Assembly: GCA_965601455.1 (NCBI GenBank)
Contig: OZ271831.1
Location: 3,816,268-3,880,267 of the forward strand
DNA length: 64,000 nucleotides
Direction: 5' to 3'
DNA from: Cyclobacteriaceae bacterium
Lineage (GTDB): Bacteria > Bacteroidota > Bacteroidia > Cytophagales > Cyclobacteriaceae
The notes under the pieces were generated by a model. It was not told where the DNA came from and searched no databases. It worked only from the letters and a program-made list of their open reading frames with translations. Shown here one piece after another: positions 48,771-56,323 of this stretch. Position 1 is the first letter of the stretch. Every line of letters starts with the position of its first letter. The position numbers were made by a program, and so were the translations under genes.

Positions 48771-50090
48771 ATGAAAAAGTACATGTACCTATTCTTACTG
48801 ATTTTACTAGTTTCCTGTATTGAAGAATTAGATCCGGTAAATACTAGTTTTGAAAAATTCTACGGATATAACCTTTCATCAGATGACAGTGGATTACTGA
48901 AGCTGGAAAATGGAAACCTTCTGGTTTACGGATCTGCCATACGAACTTCCATGTCAACGTCAGTAACTGACGAAACATTTGCCAGATTATCTACTCTCGC
49001 TCAGGATGCGGAAATGCCATTCTTTATAGAAGTAGATGAAAATGGCAATGAAATCAGGAAAGCCATGTTCCCATTGGGGAATTTCGACTATTCACATAAC
49101 TTCTATGAATTATTTGGGGTTGAAAGTTTAAATACCGAACTGGCTTGGTTTAAGAAAGTAATCCAACTCAATGATGGTTCATTGATGGCGATCACGTCGG
49201 TAGTAACAAACAATTTTTTTTGGGTAGAGGATATAGTACTGATCATTTCTCCAGAGGATTTTCAGGTGAAGGAGCTTTACCTTATGCATAACTCTGAGAC
49301 TGAATTTGTTGAAACTGAATTTGTCCATCGCGGGATTGAAAAATGTCTCAAAAAAGATGATGGCTCAGTACTGTGCTTAACCGATAGTGAATACTATCCT
49401 CCTTACGAGGGAGGATATCGAAAATTCTATTCAATTATTGAATTTGCAGAAGACGGACAAATTAATCGAATATTCGATTTCGACAATGATCTCTCTGGTG
49501 CTTTCTTCATGGACTTCGTTATTGAAAATGAAGGAAATATTACATTGATTCATGGAAATTTCACCAATCCGAACCTCACTTTTGTCAAGGAAATTAACAT
49601 AAATACAGGGAATATACTCAGTGAAAATTCCGTTGAAATCCCTGCCAATTACGATTTCATCCTTAGAGCAAATCACCTCCTCTTACGAACAGAAAATGGG
49701 TATGCAATTCATGCACAAGATCGTGATACGTTTTCTCCGTTATACCTCTTCGACAATTCCTTTACATTATTGGATTCAACCAACTACATAAATAAGCAGG
49801 GAGTTGATGATGTGTGTTACATAAATGGGTTTATCCCTCTCAAGGACGGTGGATTTTGTAGTCTAGGCTACCCTTGCGAAGGGAACTCCGTTATCACAAA
49901 GTTGGACCAAGAAGGAAAAATTTTATGGGAGTTCTATGAAGCTCATAATAACCTGGATGGAAATCTAACCGGGCATTTGATGGAAACTGAAGACGGAGGA
50001 ATACTTCATTTATCCACAAAAAATTTCAACAATTCCGGCGCAAAACTGAGACTTCTTAAATTGGATAGGAATGGAAAAATTAGCAATTAA
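48771..50090 (+). CDS. Hypothetical lipoprotein, possibly beta-propeller-like
   Basis: The ATG at 48771 gives MKKYMYLFLLILLVSC (lipobox). DG-hydrophobic strand motifs recur (NDGSLMAITS, DDGSVLCLTDS, KDGGFCSLGY, EDGGILHLST). Confidence 0.45.
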   Translation: MKKYMYLFLLILLVSCIEELDPVNTSFEKFYGYNLSSDDSGLLKLENGNLLVYGSAIRTSMSTSVTDETFARLSTLAQDAEMPFFIEVDENGNEIRKAMFPLGNFDYSHNFYELFGVESLNTELAWFKKVIQLNDGSLMAITSVVTNNFFWVEDIVLIISPEDFQVKELYLMHNSETEFVETEFVHRGIEKCLKKDDGSVLCLTDSEYYPPYEGGYRKFYSIIEFAEDGQINRIFDFDNDLSGAFFMDFVIENEGNITLIHGNFTNPNLTFVKEININTGNILSENSVEIPANYDFILRANHLLLRTENGYAIHAQDRDTFSPLYLFDNSFTLLDSTNYINKQGVDDVCYINGFIPLKDGGFCSLGYPCEGNSVITKLDQEGKILWEFYEAHNNLDGNLTGHLMETEDGGILHLSTKNFNNSGAKLRLLKLDRNGKISN

Positions 50091-50595
50091 ACTAGTACTC
50101 GTGACTTCTCTTGTATTGAGTTTTGGATGTGACACAAAACTGGATTTAGAAAGAGAACCACTGAACCCATTGCATAATAATTGGCAATTCAATTTCATTC
50201 GAATTGATGATGAATGGCATAGTTTCGTAAATGAAGATTTTGAACCACCCCTATTCGATGAATTGTGGATTGGATGGTATTGGGTTGAATACAATGAAGA
50301 TAACTTTTACGACTTTAGAACAGATCTTTTACCAACTGAATATGGTACCAATGAAAACTATCAACCTGGATACGGGACTTATCAATATTTTCCGGAGGAA
50401 ATGCTATTAATCCATAATCCAGGAATGCCGTATGAAGTTTCCTACAATATCATTGAACTGAGTGATACAATGTTTATCAGGGAATATGAACGAATTATTC
50501 AGGTGGAAAACTTTGATAGTATTCCCATTGGGACTTCCGTTACTTATAGGGAGGTTTTGATTCCAAGAGAAATATACTATTCCGAAGAAGAGTGA
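50071..50595 (+). CDS. Hypothetical small lipoprotein
   Basis: MEKLAIKLVLVTSLVLSFGC (lipobox). It overlaps the upstream gene by 20 nt and is rich in aromatic and acidic residues. Confidence 0.45.
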   Translation: MEKLAIKLVLVTSLVLSFGCDTKLDLEREPLNPLHNNWQFNFIRIDDEWHSFVNEDFEPPLFDELWIGWYWVEYNEDNFYDFRTDLLPTEYGTNENYQPGYGTYQYFPEEMLLIHNPGMPYEVSYNIIELSDTMFIREYERIIQVENFDSIPIGTSVTYREVLIPREIYYSEEE

Positions 50596-50666
50596 ACGTT
50601 TAAAATCCTCTCCGTTTGAGAAGTTTTATTGCAGGTCCAAAAACAGCGTCGCATCCTACTCATATT

Positions 50667-50704
50667 CCTAAAACACATGCGACAAATCCTTAAATCCATG
50701 CGAC
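50667..50704 (+). promoter_or_regulatory. Second copy of the 17-4-17 direct-repeat motif (CCTAAAACACATGCGAC aaat CCTTAAATCCATGCGAC)
   Basis: It matches 42622-42659 at 30/38, with an identical aaat spacer and a similar 3' flank (GTGATTTT vs GTAATTCT). It lies 42-57 nt upstream of the small lipoprotein gene's candidate start codons. Confidence 0.5.
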
Positions 50705-50746
50705 GTGATTTTCGGTTTTCATCTGACATTCATCGTTCAATTAACC

Positions 50747-50968
50747 ATGAACCAAACAAAAATGAAAACGATGAAAACTTATTCAATTCTACTAACGGCG
50801 ATTCTTACTCTTGGACTTTTTTCTTGTGAACTGGATGATGCTGATATTCAGCGTGAAGATCCTACGGACAACCTTTCTTTCAATGCCTCAGACCGCGTAA
50901 GTGACCAGGACGATTCAGATGACATAAAAGCTAACAGCGGTGGTCATGTCGAAGGGAACTACAAGTGA
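50747..50968 (+). CDS. Small acidic lipoprotein (about 68-73 aa)
   Basis: MNQTKMKTMKTYSILLTAILTLGLFSC (lipobox) is followed by a D/E/S-rich tail. The start could also be the ATG at 50762. The track's GTG at 50705 lies inside the repeat motif. Confidence 0.4.
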   Translation: MNQTKMKTMKTYSILLTAILTLGLFSCELDDADIQREDPTDNLSFNASDRVSDQDDSDDIKANSGGHVEGNYK

Positions 50969-50988
50969 AAACGAGGGTCTCAACCGGC

Positions 50989-51026
50989 AAAAGCTCGAAT
51001 TTCTTAAGAAATTCGAGCTTTTTTTA
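50989..51026. terminator. Bidirectional terminator: 17-bp perfect palindrome abutting the thiL stop
   Basis: aaaagctcgaatttctt|aagaaattcgagctttt, with a T7 run on the plus strand and T4 on the minus strand. Confidence 0.7.
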
Positions 51027-52061
51027 TTCAAAATGTTTCCAACCCTGCGCTTGGAGCTCCACCACATTCTGACTGCGAGTAACCATCACTTTCCCCTTTT
51101 CTTTCGGGTGCATGTAGCCTATGGTATGAATATCCGGATGATTCTTAAGCTTCTCAAAGTCATCCTGATGAATAGTGAATAGCAACTCGTAATCCTCTCC
51201 CCCATTCAACGCAGCAGCATTGGGATCGATCTGGAACTCTGCTGCAGTCTCAAAAGCCTGCTTGTCGATAGGTAGCTTATCTTCATAGATACTCACTCCA
51301 AGATCAGAGTTCTTACAAATATGGAAGACATCGGATACTAATCCGTCGGATACATCAATCATTGAAGTCGGTTTTACACCTAAATCCTTTAACTCATGAA
51401 TGATATCCATACGTGCATTCGGACGAAGTTGTCTGCCCACTATGTAATTATACTCCTCAAGCTTTGGTTGCATTTCGGGATTGGCCAGGAACTCTTGCTT
51501 TTCTCTCTCAAGTACTTGCAAACCCATATATGCAGCACCTAAATCGCCAGTTACGCATAATATATCTCCATCCTTTGCCCCATTTCTATAAACAATGTCT
51601 TTTTCCACCGCGTAGCCAATGATCGATATGGAAATGACCAAACCAGCTGCAGAAGCGGTAGTGTCCCCCCCGACGATATCAAGATTATAGTTTTTTGCTG
51701 CAGCTTGAATACCTTCATATAGCAACTCCACAGCCTCAACGCTAAAGCGGTTGGATAAACCCAGGTTCACTGTGACCTGATGCGGAATTCCATTCATGGC
51801 TGCTATATCAGATACATTCACCGCTATGGATTTGTATCCGAGGTGTTGCAGTGGCATATACGATAAATCAAAATGTATGCCTTCTAATAACATATCAGAG
51901 CTAATCAGCATCAGCTGACCTTCTTGTCCGCCCAATACCGCCGCATCATCTCCGACACCTTTTATAGTATTGGGTGACTTCGTGGTTATCCCTTTGGAAA
52001 GTCTTTCAATCAATCCAAATTCACCCAAATCGGAGATTTCCGTTCGTTTTTCTTCGCTCAT
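51024..52061 (-). CDS. thiL: Thiamine-monophosphate kinase
   Basis: It has AIR-synthase-related fold motifs (GEFGLIERL, GVGDDAAVL, LISSDMLLEGIHF, GGDTT). Confidence 0.9.
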   Translation of the reverse strand: MSEEKRTEISDLGEFGLIERLSKGITTKSPNTIKGVGDDAAVLGGQEGQLMLISSDMLLEGIHFDLSYMPLQHLGYKSIAVNVSDIAAMNGIPHQVTVNLGLSNRFSVEAVELLYEGIQAAAKNYNLDIVGGDTTASAAGLVISISIIGYAVEKDIVYRNGAKDGDILCVTGDLGAAYMGLQVLEREKQEFLANPEMQPKLEEYNYIVGRQLRPNARMDIIHELKDLGVKPTSMIDVSDGLVSDVFHICKNSDLGVSIYEDKLPIDKQAFETAAEFQIDPNAAALNGGEDYELLFTIHQDDFEKLKNHPDIHTIGYMHPKEKGKVMVTRSQNVVELQAQGWKHFE

Positions 52062-52465
52062 TGTTTCTTAATTTCCTGACATAGTTCAACAAGGACTCCA
52101 TTCGTGGATTTGGGATGTATAAAACAGATCAGTTTATTGTCTGCTCCTTCTTTTGGTAAGTCATTGATCAGCTCAAATCCCTCTGCTTGTAGTCGCTCCA
52201 TTTCTTCATGAATATCCTCTACTTCAAAGGCAATATGATGAATACCCTCTCCGCGTTTTTGAATGAATTTCGAAATTGCACTATTCTCGGCTCCCGCTTG
52301 TAGGAACTCCACTTTTGTGTTCCCCACATCAAAGAAAGAAGTTGTTACTTGCTCGCTGACTACCTCTTCTCTTTTGTAAGACTCCCGACCAAACAGTCTT
52401 TTATACAAGTCTTCGACCTCCTTAAGGTCTTTTACTGCAATACCGATATGTTCTAACCGTACCAT
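52058..52465 (-). CDS. mce: Methylmalonyl-CoA epimerase (VOC/glyoxalase family)
   Basis: LEHIGIAVKDL...GEGIHHIAFEVEDI...NGVLVELCQ. It overlaps thiL by 4 nt. Confidence 0.85.
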   Translation of the reverse strand: MVRLEHIGIAVKDLKEVEDLYKRLFGRESYKREEVVSEQVTTSFFDVGNTKVEFLQAGAENSAISKFIQKRGEGIHHIAFEVEDIHEEMERLQAEGFELINDLPKEGADNKLICFIHPKSTNGVLVELCQEIKKQ

Positions 52466-52543
52466 TGATTAGCGGATTATGTTTTAATTTCGCAAAGATG
52501 TCGAAACTTTTAGCAAGCCTAAAGAGTTGAACACCTGACAAAA

Positions 52544-52951
52544 ATGGAGATACGATCTGACGTCCACGTAGAATCAGCAAAAATCCAGAATGAGATAATG
52601 GACTTTCTGGGTTTGCGTAGCAATGAGCTGGTATTTGAATACAGCCCAGCGGAAGGAAAAATAAAGCTCGATTTGATTACTATTAATCCGAGACACAATC
52701 AATCGTTCCTTTTTAAGTCAGAAATTGGTTTCGACAAAACTGATGTCTTAAATAAGATGTTAGAGTATGTGAAGACCCACAAGGAAAAAGAAGGCTCATT
52801 CACTATCCAATGGACAGCCAGGGGAATGGGTGAATTACAGACTTCGTATTTTCGGGCCAAGAGTATTTATGATGCTCTTGATAAACTGTATTACGGCCGG
52901 GATATGAACAACATCACGGTCTTTAGTGTGGTACTTAACCCCATTGCATAA
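52544..52951 (+). CDS. Hypothetical protein
   Basis: 135 aa with no recognised motif. Its stop overlaps the next start (TAATG). Confidence 0.4.
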   Translation: MEIRSDVHVESAKIQNEIMDFLGLRSNELVFEYSPAEGKIKLDLITINPRHNQSFLFKSEIGFDKTDVLNKMLEYVKTHKEKEGSFTIQWTARGMGELQTSYFRAKSIYDALDKLYYGRDMNNITVFSVVLNPIA

Positions 52952-53277
52952 TGATTAGTGTTACAGATAAGGCAAAAGAAAGAATAGTTGAACTTAGAAA
53001 AGAAGAAGGGCACGGAATGGATTACAATGTCCGTGTATCGGTAAAAGGTGGAGGTTGTTCTGGTCTGATGTACGACCTCGATTTTGACAATGCAATTTCC
53101 GATGGAGACGATGTATTTGAAGACAAAGGAGTAAAAATCATTGTTGATAAAAGGAGTCTTCTGTACTTGCTTGGAACAACCCTGGAATTCTCTGATGGAT
53201 TAAATGGTAAAGGTTTTCAATTCATCAATCCGAATGCCTCAAGAACTTGCGGCTGTGGAGAAAGCTTTGCGGTCTAA
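52951..53277 (+). CDS. Iron-sulfur cluster insertion/assembly accessory protein (HesB/IscA/ErpA family)
   Basis: It has [11 protein letters not shown] and the C-terminal CGCGESF motif. Confidence 0.9.
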   Translation: MISVTDKAKERIVELRKEEGHGMDYNVRVSVKGGGCSGLMYDLDFDNAISDGDDVFEDKGVKIIVDKRSLLYLLGTTLEFSDGLNGKGFQFINPNASRTCGCGESFAV

Positions 53278-53300
53278 ATAAGTTACGAAAACGTTTTAAA

Positions 53301-53331
53301 AGGCCCTCAGGAGTTCCTGAGGGCCTTTTTT
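53301..53331 (+). terminator. Rho-independent terminator
   Basis: aggccctcagg-agtt-cctgagggcct followed by tttttt. Confidence 0.8.
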
Positions 53332-53501
53332 ATTTCCTTTCTCCTTTCACCGAACTATTTAAACCTTTAATTCCCGTACAATCACTGTCTATTCCGGTTC
53401 AATCCAAGTTGTCCCGCCTGATACTTGAAAAATATTCTCTGACTAAGGTCGCTTATACATTTGTAATTGTTATTAAACCGCAAACAACGACCACAGTGCA
53501 A

Positions 53502-55721
53502 ATGCCAGAGAAGAAACAAACCAACAGCAAAGGCTTTCAAAAGAAAGTCTTTAGATGGGGTGTAGGAAACCGGATAAGTGCCGGGTTCTTTTCCCTGATC
53601 ATCATTATTGCTATTAGTGGGGTATATACTTCGACCACGCTCAATAGTAGTATCCGGACGCTCAACCGGATTTCAGAAGAAGTGAATCCAACACTGGAGC
53701 TTCTTAATCAATTTGGTGAAACCATCAAGGATGCCAAGACCTATACTGTTAACTGGGTCTACGTAAGGACCTACCAGAAAGACAAACAAAACCTTCGGGA
53801 AATCCATGCAAGCGTCTACCCGTCTCAGAAGGCAGATCTATTGGAGGTAATCAATAATAACCCTTCAGATAGTTCACTCGCTACTATTGCCGGTATGATG
53901 GACGAGTTTGAGGGCATTTTGGCTGATCAAACTACCATAATGGAATCCCTGTCCAGTGCGATAAACTACGAGGATCCAATGATGCTTTTCATTTGTGAGG
54001 ATCTCGTTGAAAACAGTGTAATACCTACCTCAGATGACCTGCTAAGCCAATTAAATGAAGTGATAAGCATTCAAAATGCAGCTTCTGAAGAAACAAAAGC
54101 TGGTATGCTAGGTTCGTTTCAGCGCACACAATTGATTATACTGATCTTTGGTATTGCAGGAGCTCTCCTTGGACTGGTCATATCCATCATTCTGACCAGG
54201 GGCATCACAACTCCCGTAAACCGCCTGCACAATAAGATCGAACAAATCAGAAAAGGAATTATCCCGGAGGAAATAGAAGACAAATCAAAAGATGAAATTG
54301 GTGAAATGAGCCGTGGAATCAACGCCCTAATTAAGGGATTCCGGTCAACATCTGAATTTGCAAGAGAGATAGGAGTTGGAAACCTGGAAACCGACTACGA
54401 GGCCCTCAGTGAAGACGATGTCCTGGGTCATTCACTTCTATCCATGCGAGATAATCTTAAAAAGGTATTAGGTGAGACTAACACAGTAGTCAGACAGGCC
54501 GGTGAAGAAGGTCAACTTGAGTCCAGGATTGATTTAGCCGGGAAGACAGGGGCTTGGCACAAATTGGGCCAGGCAATAAACAACCTGCTCAACTCTATTG
54601 TCACTCCGATCATGGAGGTCAACAGAATCATGAATCATATTGCACAGGGAGATCTAAGCCACAATTACGAATCTGAGGCAAAAGGAGAAATTCAGACTCT
54701 TGTGACCAATATGAACATGGCAATTGAAAATCTTAATGCACTTCTTCATAGCATAGCCGAAAATGCAGGCATCGTGGGCGAATCCTCCACGGAGATGCTT
54801 AACGGCAGCGCCGAGATGAGTGCGAATACTGGTGAAATTGCTTCCGCAATCAGTCAAATGAGTATCGGAGCACAGAACCAGGTTGGTAAAGTGGACGAAT
54901 CGTCGAGTTTTGTTGAGGCCATTGGAAATTCATCTAGAGAGATGGAATCCAAAGCAACATCAATTAAAGATGCTGCCAGCTCCAGTGTGGAAAGTAGTGA
55001 GAAAGGCAAGGAGCGAGTAGAAAATGTTGTGGCAAATATGGAAGAGATTTCATTTGCGGCCTCAAAAACTCACGAGTCGATATCCATTCTGACTGAAAGA
55101 TCAGGAGAAATTGAAAGAGTCCTAGGTGTCATTACTGACATCTCTTCTCAGACCAACCTACTTGCCTTGAACGCGGCTATCGAAGCGGCACAGGCCGGCG
55201 ATGCCGGTAGAGGTTTCGCAGTGGTTGCGGAGGAAATCAGGAAACTGGCAGAGGACTCAAGAAAATCAGCGAAAGAAATTGAGAAACTGGTAGGCGACGT
55301 ACAAAGTGATACAAAAGAAGCCAGCAACGCCATCGAAACTATGAACAATAGTGTTTCCATTGGTAGTACAGCTTCGAAGGAAGCGGCAGAGGCCTTTAAT
55401 GAAATCCTGCAGTCTACAAGCGAAACACTGGAGCTTTCAGAAGAGATCGTTTCCAGTGCTAAACAGCAAATTGATAACTCAAATAATATTGCAAGCATCA
55501 CGGAAAGCATCGTGGTGATCGCCGAACAGACGGCTACCGGAACTGAGGAGATTGCAAGCTCAGCCTCCGAATTATCCAACGGTATGCAGAACTATAACAC
55601 CAAGTCCAAGCAGTTAACGATGGTCGCATCGTCCTTGAACGAAAGTGTATCCAAGTTCAAGCTGTCTACTTCACAGAAAGAAGTGAATGGTCAGGAACTT
55701 GATGAATTTGAATTAGTATAA
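53502..55721 (+). CDS. Methyl-accepting chemotaxis protein-type transducer (periplasmic sensor, 2 TM, two HAMP-like modules, MCP signalling domain)
   Basis: The ATG at 53502 ([12 protein letters not shown]...) lies downstream of the terminator. TM1 is [15 protein letters not shown] and TM2 is [21 protein letters not shown]. The HAMP module reads [14 protein letters not shown]...[14 protein letters not shown]. The signalling hairpin is [37 protein letters not shown]. Confidence 0.85.
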   Translation: MPEKKQTNSKGFQKKVFRWGVGNRISAGFFSLIIIIAISGVYTSTTLNSSIRTLNRISEEVNPTLELLNQFGETIKDAKTYTVNWVYVRTYQKDKQNLREIHASVYPSQKADLLEVINNNPSDSSLATIAGMMDEFEGILADQTTIMESLSSAINYEDPMMLFICEDLVENSVIPTSDDLLSQLNEVISIQNAASEETKAGMLGSFQRTQLIILIFGIAGALLGLVISIILTRGITTPVNRLHNKIEQIRKGIIPEEIEDKSKDEIGEMSRGINALIKGFRSTSEFAREIGVGNLETDYEALSEDDVLGHSLLSMRDNLKKVLGETNTVVRQAGEEGQLESRIDLAGKTGAWHKLGQAINNLLNSIVTPIMEVNRIMNHIAQGDLSHNYESEAKGEIQTLVTNMNMAIENLNALLHSIAENAGIVGESSTEMLNGSAEMSANTGEIASAISQMSIGAQNQVGKVDESSSFVEAIGNSSREMESKATSIKDAASSSVESSEKGKERVENVVANMEEISFAASKTHESISILTERSGEIERVLGVITDISSQTNLLALNAAIEAAQAGDAGRGFAVVAEEIRKLAEDSRKSAKEIEKLVGDVQSDTKEASNAIETMNNSVSIGSTASKEAAEAFNEILQSTSETLELSEEIVSSAKQQIDNSNNIASITESIVVIAEQTATGTEEIASSASELSNGMQNYNTKSKQLTMVASSLNESVSKFKLSTSQKEVNGQELDEFELV

Positions 55722-55754
55722 GAAAACCATCCAGATTTAAACTGTTAAAATAAA

Positions 55755-56243
55755 ATGCAACGAAAACTCTTAATAGTCAGTCTTTTTGCCCTCCTGTCAA
55801 CGCAGTTTGTAAATGCGCAGGAAGCAAAATTTAAGGCGCTGTTTCTGATGAAGTTTTGCGAATACATTGAATGGCCAAACGGAAACTCCAATCTAGTTAT
55901 TGGGGTGATGGGAGGAAACGATGTGAACGGAGAACTCCAGGCTTTTGCAGCGCAGAAGTCAAACGTCCAGGTAGTGGACGTAAAAACTAGTGAAGATGCA
56001 GCGAAATGCAACATTGTATTCGTCGCTGGTAACATGTCTAAAAATGTTAGTAGCGTAGCGCAAACCATAGGTAAGAATAGTACTCTACTAGTTGCCGACG
56101 ACGACAAAAAGGTCAAAGAAGGTGCGGATATCGGCTTTTACCTTGAGGATAACAAACTACGTTTTGTAATCAAGAAAGCCAATATCGAATCCAAGAATAT
56201 GCTACCTAGCTCAAAGCTTCTGGCGCTGGGTAAGGCTATCTAA
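55755..56243 (+). CDS. YfiR/DUF4154 family periplasmic protein
   Basis: It has a signal peptide. KFKALFLMKFCEYIEWP...LVIGVMG...NIVFVAG...LLVADD...IGFYLEDNKLRFVI...A is the pattern typical of DUF4154. Confidence 0.7.
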   Translation: MQRKLLIVSLFALLSTQFVNAQEAKFKALFLMKFCEYIEWPNGNSNLVIGVMGGNDVNGELQAFAAQKSNVQVVDVKTSEDAAKCNIVFVAGNMSKNVSSVAQTIGKNSTLLVADDDKKVKEGADIGFYLEDNKLRFVIKKANIESKNMLPSSKLLALGKAI

Positions 56244-56323
56244 AATCAAGTACAAATATCAACTTCTAAAACAGGCCTAATGGCCTGAACGGTAGCCCTT
56301 TGCCTAAAAAACCAATCAAAATT

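Larger units (their letters stand above)
42543..51062 (+). mobile_element. Putative integrated genomic island (~8.5 kb) at the thiL 3' end; no recombinase gene present
   Basis: It is bracketed by direct repeats at 42554-42578 and 51038-51062 (24/25 identical). All six internal genes are on the plus strand, between two minus-strand blocks. Confidence 0.5.

Noticed and set aside
49211-49218. T8 homopolymer inside the 440-aa lipoprotein gene, considered as a possible slipped-strand phase-variation tract.
   Set aside because: It is short for a contingency locus, it is in frame as it stands, and there is no supporting evidence from a single sequence.
42579-51037. A compositional (GC) difference between the island and its flanks as evidence of horizontal origin.
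   Set aside because: Hand counts of 100-nt samples gave about 43% inside and about 39% in thiL. That is too small and too noisy to support a claim without proper computation.
50629-51182. Track ORFs 50629-50829 and 50940-51182.
   Set aside because: The first overlaps the repeat motif and the better-supported lipoprotein frame. The second runs through the palindromic terminator and antisense into thiL.
53247-53501. N-terminal 85 codons of track ORF 53247-55721 (the MCP), which overlap the iscA-type gene.
   Set aside because: The extension overlaps the end of 52951-53277 and reads straight through a strong terminator hairpin (53301-53331). The ATG at 53502 gives a normal short cytoplasmic N-terminus followed by TM1.
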